A stretch of DNA of 64,000 bases from Podarcis melisellensis (Eukaryota). The notes under the pieces are model-generated. The model searched no databases. It saw only the letters and a list, made by a program, of their open reading frames with translations, and had not been told where the DNA came from. Shown in pieces: positions 1 through 12,441 of the stretch. The position numbers and the translations under genes are program-made. The DNA lies in the NCBI GenBank assembly GCA_964234715.1, contig OZ174276.1; one strand, given 5' to 3'. The first letter of the stretch is position 1, and every line of letters begins with the position of its first letter.

Positions 1-53
1 TTCTTTATTTCCTGTTAATCACATCATTGCCCGCATTAAAGAGAGAGAGCGAG

Positions 54-56
<3 letters not shown>

Positions 57-106
<50 letters not shown>
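57..106. repeat. (GA)n microsatellite; others at about 3238-3284, 3885-3952 (CT/CA), 25151-25197, 31722-31793 (TG/AG), 45463-45497 and 58323-58382
   Basis: Seen directly. Confidence 0.97.
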
Positions 107-109
<3 letters not shown>

Positions 110-959
110 AACCAACAACAACAAAAACTGAAACATGTTTATTTCATTTGTTTAATTTCAAGTTCTGAGCACACTAGCTGGAAACTATGCTTGATAGTTA
201 AACTGAAAACATTTGGATTTCCTTTCCCTCTCTGTCGCCACCCCCAGTTAGATCACTTCGTTCTTAGTCCAGGATTTAAGCAACATATTTTTTTTATAAA
301 GCTATGGAAGCCAGACAGCAAAAACAGAAGGGATTTGCAGTTCTGCTGCATCAAATTGCACCAACTCAGCCCTGGTAATACATCAGATGTTTCATTCTGC
401 CCATTTCTCTCTCTCTGTCACACAGACACACACACAGACACACACACACACACAATAATAATAATAATAATAATGGCAGCAATGATAATATAGAATAGCA
501 AAACAGGCCACAATCATGCAACCCTCAGACTGACAGACTTTTCCAAAAAAACACGTTCCTCATACCCAGAACATTTTCCTTAAATGTGCTGGGAACCTTG
601 ACCTGCAGGTTTTTGCCTCCCAGTCCCGTTTCCATCTTCTTTTAGGCAGATTTGCTCTTGAGCATTCATCTGCTACAACTTCCTCCTCCTCTTGATGATT
701 GCATGGAGAGATACTAAACCCAGAAGTGGAATGGGATGGAAAGTGGTGGATGTCACGACGCTGGAACTACCTTGCAAATAGGTTCGCAAAAAGTGTAATC
801 AGCTCAATAAATAGAGTAGCTCAATAATTAGGAAAGTTAGTAATTTGTTACATGGCTTGGGACAGGGATACCCGGGGTGACATCTTCCCCCACATCAACC
901 TGCCACCCCACCCAACCCACTTCCAGGTGCTTCCACCACCTGAAGTTAGATGGCTGGCT

Positions 960-1190
960 AAGAACATGAGAAGAGCTTCCTGGATCAGGCCAATGGCCCA
1001 TCTAGTCTCTATTCTCATAATGACCAACCAGATGCATGTGGGATGGAAACCCACAATCAGAACCCAATAACCAAGAGCACTTTCTCGTCCTGCGGTCCCC
1101 ATCAACTGGCATTCAGAAGTGTTATTACTTGTCGAGACAGAGCAGAGCTGCCATGGCTGGTAGCCATTGGTAGTGTTCAATAGCCTTCTA
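960..1190 (+). repeat. Old interspersed retroelement 3'-end-like repeat; further copies at about 2063-2250 (+), 55060-55770 (-, interrupted) and 63140-63350 (-)
   Basis: Shared AAGAGC..CTGGATCAGGCCAATGGCCCATCTAGTC..CAACCAGATGC..CCCACAA. Confidence 0.7.
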
Positions 1191-3225
1191 CAAGGCTACA
1201 AGGGGAAGGGCATTTTCAGCTATAACACCTTCTCCTCGGGGAAAATGTATTTTAGCGGCCAGCTGAATACCTTTTTATTTTTATTTTGCATCTTTGATCC
1301 CTGGTTATTTTGGTTCCTGTTGCAATTGTTTTTTAGCCTTGTCTTTCTTTTTCCCTTTTTGTAAACTGTCTTTGAAATTTTGAACCGGATAACAGTGTGA
1401 GTTGTTCACACATTACATTCAACAAGTGTAGAATTTGTGTACCGGTGTGGGCAAACAGCTGAGCTGCACACTTGCTCACATGTTGTATTGTGTTTATTGT
1501 GTTATCCTGTTGGAATACCACCCAGAGTGGCTGGGGAGGCCCAGCCAGATAGGCGGGGTGTAAGTAATAAATTATTATTACTACTACTACTACTATTATT
1601 ATTAGTTGAACATGTGTACCCAACAGTTGAGCTGTATAAGTTGCCTAGAAATGATTTTTGCTTGTCACAGGCAACCAGATATTTACCCCATTTTTCAGTG
1701 TATAAAACTGCCCCCCCATGTATAAGACGACCCCTATTTTTTAAAACTCGAAAAGATTGCCCAAAGTTGTTGAGTCGCTTGTGAGGCTCCGCAGCTCATA
1801 GCTACATCTTCTGTAAGATTGCTACTTATGTGTGATCAGGACCATGATGCCGTGAAATAACTATATTCACAAGTCATGCAGGTGAAGTGGATGATGTTGT
1901 GACTTCTCATTCTGGCACTAGGTTAAGAAACTGAGCTGCCCCATCACAAAGATCCAAGGTTGAACGACACCTCTGCTATGGGCTCCCTAGAATGACGACA
2001 TGGATTGAGGCGCAAGCCTTTCTCCATTCTCTGTGCCCCATCTTCAATAATACTCACTGTAGGAAGAAGAGCCCAGCTAGTTTAGCATCCTGATTCCCAC
2101 AGCGGCTAGCCACATTCCTACGGGAAGCCCACAAGCAGGTCAGGAGGGCAACAGACATCTCCTGCTGTTGTATCCAGGCAACGAGTACTCACAGGCATGC
2201 TACCTTCAACCTTGGAGGGTAGCATTCAGCCGTCATGGCTAGTAGCTATTTATGGAGCTGTTGTATGAAGCGGTTTAGAGTACAGTATTCCATTTGCTAC
2301 ATCAGTGCTTTTTGTGGTTGTTAGTTGTGCCTTATTCCACAGTTTAGGAATCCATCACCTGCTCCGCCGCTCTCCAATCCATATTCCATCTTGGTGAAGA
2401 AAAGCGGTTGAGAAATGTTAATAGATAGCAAATCATTTTCATGTCCTTTATCAACTGATATGAAACATTTGGTGCAGATGCAGGGCCCTTTTAATGTCAT
2501 CTTAAAGGAAAACTGGCCAAGAAAAAGAATGTCCCGATAGTGAGAATGTGCTGAACAAAATATCAAGGTGAAAAAGACTGGTGTGTGTGTGTGTGTGTGT
2601 AGACATTTGAGAGGATAAAAGGAAGAGAAAATGTATCTCTTATCGAGTTCATCCCCAGTAACAAAAGTGTGTTGGCTGACAAGGCTGGCTTCAAATCCAG
2701 TAAAATTGTGTGCTTTCTTCTCTCACTGAAGTCTGTTTCACAATCCTTTTTCTTCTTCTCACTCCCCTTGTTATAAGTGGGTGTCTGCGTATGAATAATA
2801 TCATTAAAATTGTGTTTTCTTAAATGCAGGCAGATATGAAACTCAGTTTTTAAAACTTTCTTGGCAGTTTGTGAACTTATGAATACTTTTTTCTTTTTCT
2901 TTTTTTGGATGGTTCAGTCAAAAGGACACGGAGAATATTTTAATAATTCTCACAATAACTTTGAATAACCTTACAGTGACTTTGATCCGTATTATGATCC
3001 ACATTTGGAGGGGTGAAGCTACGAGAATGGAGGATTGCCATCTAGTGAGTTCATAACTGAGGTGAAACTTCCTGCTTTGCCGATATTGTTTTGTAAGTCA
3101 CTTTGGGTCACTTCTTGAGAAGAAAGTGACTAATTAATGCAAATAATCATGATAATAATAATTTCTTAGCTACTATGCTACCCTGGCTCTCAGTGTTTAG
3201 TCCTACCTTCACACACACACACATA

Positions 3226-3287
<62 letters not shown>

Positions 3288-3880
3288 TTCGGGAACACAG
3301 ATACCGGTACTTTCTGCAATCAGGGACTTAATAGTGATGGCTTTGGCAGTCCCCCCTGGTAATAATAGTTTGGTGAGCGGTCAGTAATTCTTAAGAGAAG
3401 TGTCAGAGTATGCCCACAAAAACACACACACACACAGACCTAGGATTCTTCACGACACTAAAATTGATTTGAACCAGCATCTTCATTGTATTGTCTGTGA
3501 GAGATACAGAATACTCAGGGCATCCTTGCTCTGGCCCCTGCATTTTCTACACCTTTCAAGAGTGCCCCATTCATACAAACTGCAGAGCCATCATATCTCC
3601 CTCCCAGTCTTTACCAAAACTCTGCTTCTTTCTCCCACCTGCCTGCAAATCTCTCAACTTACTTTGGGGCCCTTCAACTTCTATGCTACAAATGAGTTCT
3701 TCTTTTCCTCCCAGATATCTCACATTGTAGGGTGGTCCCCTAGCCCCCTTTCATCTGGATGGTACTGTGCTTGAAGATCTTCGAGTGCTCAAAATCTGGA
3801 ATGACTAGGGAGGTATGGGGGACAAAATCAACAAGACAGTGTTTTTCACTCTGCAACCGGTCCTCTTTGGCTGTCTTCTG

Positions 3881-3953
<73 letters not shown>

Positions 3954-6900
3954 TACACAAACTGCTGTGTTTGGTGGTGCCCTCTGCTAGTGAGCTTGGG
4001 GCAGGAAGAAGAGAACTGGTCAGCTAGAATAAAGTTTTCTATTACCTGCTGCTGGCTCTCTCAAAGGTTTCGTTCATAGCTTTTTACTGTACTTGGGAGC
4101 CTAGAGGCTAAACTACCTTATTTCCCCTCTTTTTTGCAAATAAAGTAGCCTAAACTGCTGCCAATGGCAACAGGAGAACAGCAAGAGATGGTTCTGTATT
4201 ACATCTTCCTTTCCTTCTGTNNNNNNNNNNNNNNNNNNNNNNNNNNNNNNNNNNNNNNNNNNNNNNNNNNNNNNNNNNNNNNNNNNNNNNNNNNNNNNNN
4301 NNNNNNNNNNNNNNNNNNNNNNNNNNNNNNNNNNNNNNNNNNNNNNNNNNNNNNGCAAAGGTGAGAAAACAGCTTGGTTGGTGTGCGTATGTAATTTTGA
4401 TCAGACAAATGGCAGGAAGGCTATGCAATCAACTCTGTATCACCTTTACAAGGCTGCTCCAGTTAGCCATTGCTATAATGCAAGTCTTATCTTCTCCATA
4501 ATGGGCAGCTTTAGGACAAATGCATGCAGTTGTCTTGGTGTTGGCATAGCAAAGGCAGTGCTTGCATGCTCGCATGGAAATGAAATTGTGCCATCTTGTC
4601 TGATGACTTCCCTGATGGAAATCAGCTCAAACCCAGGGGTACTTAAAAGGAGTGTGAGCAAGTAAAATGACAAGCATTTAAATCACAATTAAAATACTGT
4701 GGAACGTAAGCAGGTGCCATGGTGTAGCATGAAATCTCCTCTCCCCCTTTTGTTTTTAAAAATATTGACTTGACTGTATTAAAAAAATGGCAGGAACGGC
4801 CCATATTTCTCCTCCATGTACAAAGGAAGGAAATGCAAAACCTACATATGGGAAGGAAAGGAAGCTGAGAGCAAAGTGGGTGGCTGTAAGGAGAAGACTG
4901 GGAAGGAAAAGAAGTTCCCTGCACAGGAAATTCTCTCCTCCCTGCTTATCTCACCCCTGCTGTCAGAGCTGCAGCTTCCTTGTGCTACTGATCTACATGC
5001 CTGGCTCAGGCAGGAAAGAATCTCCTGCTGGCCAGTCCCTCTCCTTTCCAGCTTCCTTCTTCCAGCCCCATCTACATCTTCACTCCTGGCTTCAACACAC
5101 CTTTTCCCCCTAGCTGAGCTGGCTGTGCACTGGCTGTGGCAAACAGGCTACGGCAACTGCTTGGCCTGATGCAGTATTTTTGTGAATGTTAAGCGGATCA
5201 GAGTATTTCCTTAAGACCATCCAGATGAGTTCCTATGGCAATCAGAGGTTGAGGGTGGGGAGATGCGCAGAGGCCATTTGTGTGAATGTGCCCTTGGGCA
5301 CATTCCGCTCAGAGGAGAATGAAAACATGCAGTGCCATTTGAGATGTTAGTGCAGGAAGTGGATCAACGTGTGTAAAATGGGATTGCAGTCTTATACTTG
5401 GAGTTGCACTGAATTTAGTGAAACTTTTTCCAGAAGTAAAGGGTTAGGGCCAATGGTGTCCAAACTTTTTTTCAAAGAGGGCCAGATGTGATGATGTGAA
5501 GGGCCGTGGGAGCTGTCCAAAGTTGTTGACCTTGAAGTTGGATTGAAGTTGTTGAGCTTCTTTTAGGGTTGAAATTGTTGAGCTGTTTTAAGGGTTGGAG
5601 TTAGGCTGGTTAGGCTAGGTCAAGCCACACACTATATCTCAAGGATATTTCTTCTGGATAACTTTTTCATTCCTCATAAGTATAGCAACATGATAAACAC
5701 AGCAGGGGTGGAAATCTAAGTTCCCCCTTCGCTGTCTCCACCCCCCCACCTATAGGATGGTATCCTTTCGGTAGGCATATCTATTAACGATTATGAAGTG
5801 ACCAGAAAAAACGATCCTAGCCTGTTCCTGTGTCTTTAACAGCAGTGTACCCTGAGGAAACCAGCCACTGATATTTTTCAGAACATGGAGAATAAGGCTC
5901 ACTGCTCGGAATAGGCACTTGCAGCCCAGGCAGAATTGACACACACCAGCCCATGTCACAATTGACACCAGCTGATTGACAGGTGGGCATGGTTTGCGGG
6001 ATATAGCCTTGTGGGCCAAATAGTTCCCCACCCCTGGAATAAGCATTACCAACTGCTACTGTGAGTGGCTCAAGCTACCGTTAAAGGTACAGGAGCAGAG
6101 ACCAATGAAAAATTGGCAATCCTAATATCTCAAATATAAGCCCATTTAATTATTCAAAAAAGCAGTCATCAACAAGTCATTCCGGCTAGAGGTATAAGAT
6201 CTCTTACTGAGTGCATATGTGTAGTCTAAAGCAATGAAAGGGATCATTTGTCATCTACTGGAGAGATGGAAGGGTGGTAACTGAAGATCATACCTGTACT
6301 ATTAAGGTTTACTTTCCTCTGTCCTCCACTTCCTTGATCTGATAAAAGTGCCATATTGACTCATCCGGGAGCTGTAATTAATTTCACTTTGTGGCTTGTC
6401 ACGTACTTTCTGACTTATTATAAAATCCACATATACATATGAACACTACTGAGAGGAGTTTAATGCACCTATGAAGCAATTTACAATTAAAACAAGAATA
6501 ACTTCAAAGGTATTAACTCACATGTGGGCTCCAAGCCTCTCATGGTGTTCTATATACAGGGCTTTCCTTTCATTTTGATCAAACCTGTTCCATCACTTCA
6601 GCTGAAGTAGTTGCAAGCCTTTGATCTTGTTATCAACGTGACCACTGGTGAGAACGCTACAACTTGCATTGCGTGTGACAGCGTATATGGTGTCAGTTGC
6701 TGTGCCTGAATAGCAGGTTTTCAATTCTGGGTGAAATCTTGACTTCTCTCAGAGCCACTGCAATTTATACCTCTGGCAGGTACTTTCCGGTAAGACATTC
6801 ATTTTGCGGTAAAGAGGTTGCAGAGCACCTTTGTGGTGCTTCAGTAATGTCATCCATTTGTCCAGGGTAAAGATGATAAGATGTTCTTTTAAACTAGCTG

Positions 6901-7177
6901 TGCTACTGACTTGCTGCTTTGCTAGGGGCTCCTTCGCAAGCCAGATGGGGGATTCCCCAGGTGATAATTCTGCAATTTACCAGACCAGGGCTGTGCTAAA
7001 TGGCTCTGTGTGTGTGTCCCACTCCCTCCCTTATGAACCTCTCTCATAAATGGGTGCGATCTTGAGAGAACGTCGCCTGCAAAAGTCCAATGAAATGAAA
7101 TGAAATGAAAAGGACCTTGACTTCCACTGTAGCATTGAGCATAAGCTCATTTGAACTTTAAAGGGCGAAGGCAGATG

Positions 7178-7393
7178 CAGTAGTACCTCCGGTTGCAGAT
7201 GGGATCCGTTCCAGACCTCCGGTCGGATCCCAAGGTTTCCCAAGGAGGCACCACTTCTGCGCATGTGCGCAGCTCGGTAGAGTGCTTCTGTGCATGTGCA
7301 CGCAGCGAAACCTGGAAAAATACTTCTGGGTTTGCCGCATACATATCCCGAAGGATACGTAACCGAAGGTGAACGTAAATAGAGGTACCACTG
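7178..7393. mobile_element. Tc1/mariner-type MITE, related TIR but different interior
   Basis: CAGTAGTACCTC ... GAGGTACCACTG-TA. Confidence 0.8.
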
Positions 7394-7404
7394 TATAGTG
7401 TTTT

Positions 7405-7571
7405 AGAGCAGTGGGGCCACTCTGGGAGCATCCTCTTCGCATACAGAAGATCCCTGGGTTCAATCCATGGCATCTCCAGTTATTATTAATTTTATTTATT
7501 TATTTCATTTTAATTTATATCTCACCCATCTCGCTGGGTTCCCCTTACCACTCTGGGTAGCTTACAACATT

Positions 7572-7606
<35 letters not shown>

Positions 7607-8337
7607 ACAAATACAACAAAACATCAAACATTAAAAAACCTATACAAGCAACAAACAAACCAATAAATCAACAGAAATCGCTAACAACAACAACAAACAG
7701 TTTAAAGTTATGCCCAAATTAAAATAACCACCAGCACCAACTAAACAGTTAACCAACACCAACCCGACAAAAAACAAGACAGAAGAACCAAAATTAGTGC
7801 CATTTAAAACATTTTAGAAACATTTTAGCCAGTTGGCGCAAACTAAGAGTTATTCCAGCAATGTCCCTCCTGCCTCCCAGGAGCCTTTTTTAGCTGTTCA
7901 GGGTGAGTCTGGGCCCTGCCCCTAGGCCAGGTGGAAATGGGCCTCCCAACATGGAGGAAGTATTTCTTTCTTCCAGCACCCAGGCAGCAGCAATTAGGGT
8001 TAGGGAAGATTCCTGTCTCAGATCCTGGAGAAGCACTGCCAGCCAGTGTTTACATTCAGCGGTGTCCAAACTTTTTTCAAAGAGGGCCAGATTTGATGAA
8101 GTGAGGGGCCGTGGGGGGCGACCGAAGGGCCAACCAAAGTTGTTGACTTTTTTATGATTGAAGTTGTTGAGATTTTTTTTTAGGATTTTACCCCAGGAAA
8201 TAAACTGCCACAGGGGCCGGATTAAACCAACCAACGGGCCAGATTAGGCCCCTGAAGTGGACTTTGGACATGCCTGGTTTACAACACTGAGCTGAATGCA
8301 CCAATAGTTTTGTCTCAGTAGAAAGCAACTTCCTATG
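7405..8337 (+). mobile_element. Squam3-like SINE split by two later insertions (about 7480-7995 and 8057-8276)
   Basis: Head GAGCATC..GCATACAGAAGATCCCTGGGTTCAATCC..GGCATCTCCAG at 7426-7479. The body resumes at about 7996 and the tail CAACTTCCTATGT ends at about 8338. Other copies on the minus strand at about 21380-21540, 34385-34680 and 42490-42660. Confidence 0.65.
8057..8276. mobile_element. hAT MITE (related partial copy at about 5450-5600)
   Basis: Ends CAGCGGTGTCCAAA / TTTGGACATGCCTG. Near-TSD GTTTACA(T/A). Confidence 0.75.
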
Positions 8338-8476
8338 TAGCCAGTACAACATGAAACTCTTAATCTCAGGGATATGGGCTTGAGCCCCACGTTGGGCAAA
8401 AGATTCATCTGCATTGCAAGGAGGTTAGACCAGATGACCCAGGTAGTCCCTTCCAACTCTACAATTCTATGATTCC
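8338..8476 (+). mobile_element. tRNA-Lys(CTT)-derived SINE with CR1-type tail
   Basis: CATGAAACTCTTAATCTCAGGG..GGGCTTGAGCCCCACGTTGGGC followed by CCCTTCCAACTCTACAATTCTATGATTC. Confidence 0.8.
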
Positions 8477-9890
8477 TATCATATCATCAGAAACACCCAA
8501 CAATCCCCAGTGCAGATCTGCATTATAAAAATAGTTTCTTCTCTAATTTATATGGGAATGAAAGAGAAGATAGAGCATTCATCCAGCCATGTTTAATTTT
8601 TATTTTTTTAAAAGTTAGAGGGTGGTGGGCAGAGGCAGTAAAATCAGTGTGTTAATTCACTCATATGCTTATCAGTCACGTCAGTAACAAACTGGGAAGG
8701 AAACCGGTCTTATCCCACCGCAGAGGAACATGCTGTGTGTTCTTTTTAATATGTCTGACTTCACCCAAAAGTTTCTTGCATATTTTTTTCTGCATTGGCT
8801 TCTGAATCAGACATTTCGGAATCATTTCCTTCTTTGATTCCGCTTTACTTTCGGTTGCTTTTTGGACAGTGAGCGCCCCCCCCCAAACTATTGCTTTTGG
8901 GTGATAAGCAGAAACTCACACATAAGACGTGTGTATGTCGTGTGTAACAGCAACAGTAAACTGAAGGTGTACCATTGGGAGAGTGGGGCAAGATTATCTG
9001 GGTCAGTTTTAGGTTTTAAGTTGCTGCCTTGTATCACTTTTGCTGCCTTAATGAATAGGTGACAGGCAAAGAAGCAAAATATGAATTGTTAATTTTGCCA
9101 TCTGCTCGATCTGGGAATTCATTTCCATTGGCAGACTGGAGAATCGGATGGAAATTCAAAGATACCCAACTTCCATGCTGCTTGTACAAGCTACGTGTCT
9201 ATCGGCTTCCCTCTAGGCCTAACAAGAAGGGCATCTATGTGTAATTACAGAGATGATGAAATTTAGGAAACTCTTGACTTTCAAGCATGAAGGAAAGCAT
9301 GAAAGGGCTACTTGTTCCTGCATTTCCTTATCTAGTCCATCAGCCTAGCTTTTAGCAGTGCACATGCCCCAAGCGTTACAAATTATTGTATGGTTTTGTT
9401 GGTAAGACGGGAAGAGGTTACGCAGAGACAGCATCACGAAATGGTCTCTATAAAGCATCTGGGATACCCCTGTTGTGTTTACCCTTTTCAGCTCAATCCG
9501 TTGTTTTGTTTCATCTCCAACCATAGCAGTCATCCTCACTGTTAAACTCTCCCACAGACCACAACGGATCTACTATAGTACAAAAAGCACCCTGTGGAGG
9601 GAAAAATGACCCCTGTGCATTTCAAAGGCTTTGTGTTTACACAGTCTACACCACACTGGCAAGTGAGAAGGAAACTTACTTGGAAAGATATGTGAGGCTT
9701 CCCTTGGAGTGCTTTTGTGTCTTGCAGGACTTCTGCAGGGAGGGAGGTCCAGTTGTGGAGCAGCCACCAAGCAGGCCTATGCGAATGCTCTTGTCACATG
9801 GTTTGCATGCATGAATAATGCCATAACTGTGGTACCTTCAGTCAGCCTTAACAATTGCAGTCATGCAGAGGAAGAAATGTGGTTCATAGA

Positions 9891-10032
9891 TCATAGAATC
9901 GTAGAGTTGGAAGAGACCCTGAGGATCCTCTAGCCTAGTCCAACCCCCTGCAATGCAACTGTCCCTTACAGGCATCAAACCTGCAACCTTGGCATTATCA
10001 GCACCAAACTCTAACCAACTGAGCTATCCAAG
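9891..10032 (-). mobile_element. tRNA-Ile-derived SINE with CR1-type tail
   Basis: Reverse complement of the same family. Confidence 0.8.
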
Positions 10033-10264
10033 CTGATCCTTGTGGATGGCCTGTTTAGGATTATAGAAATCCAAAGTGGAACCTTTAAATTAGAAAACCT
10101 GTGTAGACTATGCAGTGCTGAAGTGACATGAGTCCTGTGGATCGTGATTCTCCAGAGGTTAACAAAGAAATCCCAGCACAGGTTACAATAAAAACATGCT
10201 ACCAAGCCCAACTGATGTTACTGAAAAACTGAACACCAGTTCAGCACACTAGCAAGTGGTAGTA

Positions 10265-10635
10265 GTGATGATAATTATAATATCTATACCCCACCCGTCT
10301 GGGTTGCCCCAGCCACTCTGGGAAGCTTCCAACACATATAAAAACATAACAAAACATTAAAAACCTCCCAATACAGGGCTGTCTTCAGATGACATGACTG
10401 TGTAATTCTTTATCTCCTTGACATCTGATGGGAAGGCGTTCCACAGAAATGGCACCACTGCCAATAAGGCCCTCTTGCTGGTTCCCCATAACTTCACTTC
10501 TCGCAGTGAGGGAACAGCCAGAAGGCCCTTGGAAATGGATCTCAGTGTTTGGGCTGAATGATGGGGGTGGAGACGCTCCTTCAGGTACAGAGTGCCAAAG
10601 CCATTTAGGGGTTTAAAGGTCAACACCAACATTTT
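10265..10635 (-). mobile_element. L2/CR1-group LINE 3' fragment (ORF2 C-terminus plus 3'UTR)
   Basis: ORF LVLTFKPLNGFGTLYLKERL...TLRS...LLAVP...PFLWNAFP resembles the L2 ORF2 end. The same 3'UTR (CCCAGAGTGGCTGGGG) recurs at about 1480-1600, 7480-7650 and 13880-14070, each with an (ATT)n/(AAT)n tail. Confidence 0.8.
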
Positions 10636-11020
10636 GACTAAAGGTCAGCACATCTGACTATGAGGACAGAATACTTCCTTTTGTCTGCCTCGAGTCTCCC
10701 ACCATTCAGCATTAGATCAGGGTAGACAATTTCCAATTGTGCTTTTCAGATGATGCAGACTCCCATCATTCTTGGCCATTGGCCCAGCCCCAGCTGGCTG
10801 GGGCTGACAGAGGTTGCAGTCCAAAACATCTGGAGGGCACCATGTTGGCTACCCCCCCGGACCCTTGTGACTGATCACAACTAAGTGCCATGCTCCTATG
10901 GATGCAGCCAAGCCAACCCTCTGTGCAGCCGGGGAACTTTGCTCACATACAAATGAATAGTCGGTTGCACTCCCGTCTCCCCCTTCGTCAATCCATTCGT
11001 TTGAACGTATGTAAGGAACT

Positions 11021-11358
11021 GGACGTGGGTGGCGCTGTGGGTTAAACCACTGAGCCTAGGGCTTGCCGATCAGAAGGTCAGCGGTTTGAATCCCTGCAGC
11101 CATTGCTCGGTCCCTGCTCCTGCCAACCTAGCAGTTCAAAAGCATGTCAAAGCGCAAGTAGATAAATAGGTACTCCTCTGGCAGAAAGGTAAATGGCATT
11201 TCCGTGCGCTGCTCTGGTTTGCCAGAAGCGGCTTAATCATGTTGGCCACATGACCCGGAAGCTGTATGCCGGCTCCCTCGGCCAATAAAGCGAGATGAGC
11301 GCTGTAACCCCAGAGTCGGCCACAACTGGACCTAATGGTCAGGGGTCCCTTTACCTTT
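11021..11358 (+). mobile_element. Sauria SINE
   Basis: Head GGACGTGGGTGGCGCTGTGGGTTAAACC, tail GGTCCCTTTACCTTT. Direct repeat TAAGGAACT(GGA) on both sides. Confidence 0.9.
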
Positions 11359-11479
11359 AAGGAACTGGAAAAATGTTGCCTACGAAGTGTGCTTCACGAT
11401 AAAGCATCCAAGTAATACTTTACTTTGTACTTTGAAAGAGCTTTTAAAAATGACCCTCGATAATACATGCGCTGTTTTT

Positions 11480-12412
11480 AAGTGGAAATGTGGTGTGGCT
11501 CCGCATCGGGGCAAGTTTTGCACGCAAGCGCTGCTAAACCAGCAAAACTTTGTTCATTTCCGCTTCGAGATTCTTCAGTTTCAAAAGGATGCGCCCCCAT
11601 CCCCCTCGCTCTGCAGAGAGCCTCGTGGCGCCTCCTGCGTTTTTGAAGCTCGCCTAAGCGAAGGCGGGAGTCCCGTCGAAGCTATAGTATCAAACCCGCT
11701 CAAACCCCGCCCATCCTCTGTGACAATGGCCGATGTGCCCGCCCACCCGAGAGCGGAGCGGAGCATTCATTAATAAAGGGAGAGCGCGGGGCGGCACCTC
11801 CTCCGCGCGCTCTGCTAATGTATCCATCGTAAGCATGTGCGTCCGCCGCCGCCTCCCCACCACCTGACTGTCCAATCAGAGGATCCCGGCTGGGGAGTAA
11901 GAGCTAGCTGAAGGGCCAATGGGAGGTGCCTGGGCGACACCCATCGGCGCGGCTTGGGGTGCGAGAGAGCGGCCGAGTTGCCAAACGCGGTGATCTGTGG
12001 CTCCCTCGATGGGGCGGCGGGAGGTGCTTGCGTTTGGCACGCAAGCTGCAGTTTGGGAGGCAGCGCGCGGCACCTTTCCTTCCGCGGCAGGCGAAGGGGT
12101 GGAGTATGGCTGCAGTGCTCTAGGCATGCGTGTACCTGGATGCGAGTCTTCCCACAATCGAATCAGATTGGGAACGGGGCGATGTCCCCTTTCCCTTGCC
12201 TCCAGATCTTTCAATCTGGCAAAATATCCGAGGCTGGGAGAACAGCTATGACAGGGCCTTTCACCTATCTGCGAGTCTTGGTCTGGGAATGTCAAGACAC
12301 CTTCCCCATCGCTGTCATTTACTCCAAAGACACCCAGTTCTAGGCGCCAGGTATCGCAGACACCTCTGACGTTGTCGCCAGCCGTCAGATGCCCCACTCG
12401 CAGCCCCGACAT
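11480..12412. promoter_or_regulatory. Upstream CpG-island-like segment with two CCAAT boxes (11872, 11916) and GC boxes
   Basis: CpG density sharply higher than the flanks, and no TIR or tail recognised. Confidence 0.5.
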
Positions 12413-12441
12413 GTGTAAATCTATTTTACCATTTTGGTGTA

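Noticed and set aside
4113-4428. ORFs running through N tracts (also 41520-42347 and 45997-46503)
   Set aside because: Artefacts of assembly gaps.
11876-12412. 178-aa minus-strand ORF and overlapping ORFs in the upstream CpG island
   Set aside because: No recognisable domain. Open frames on both strands are expected in GC-rich DNA.
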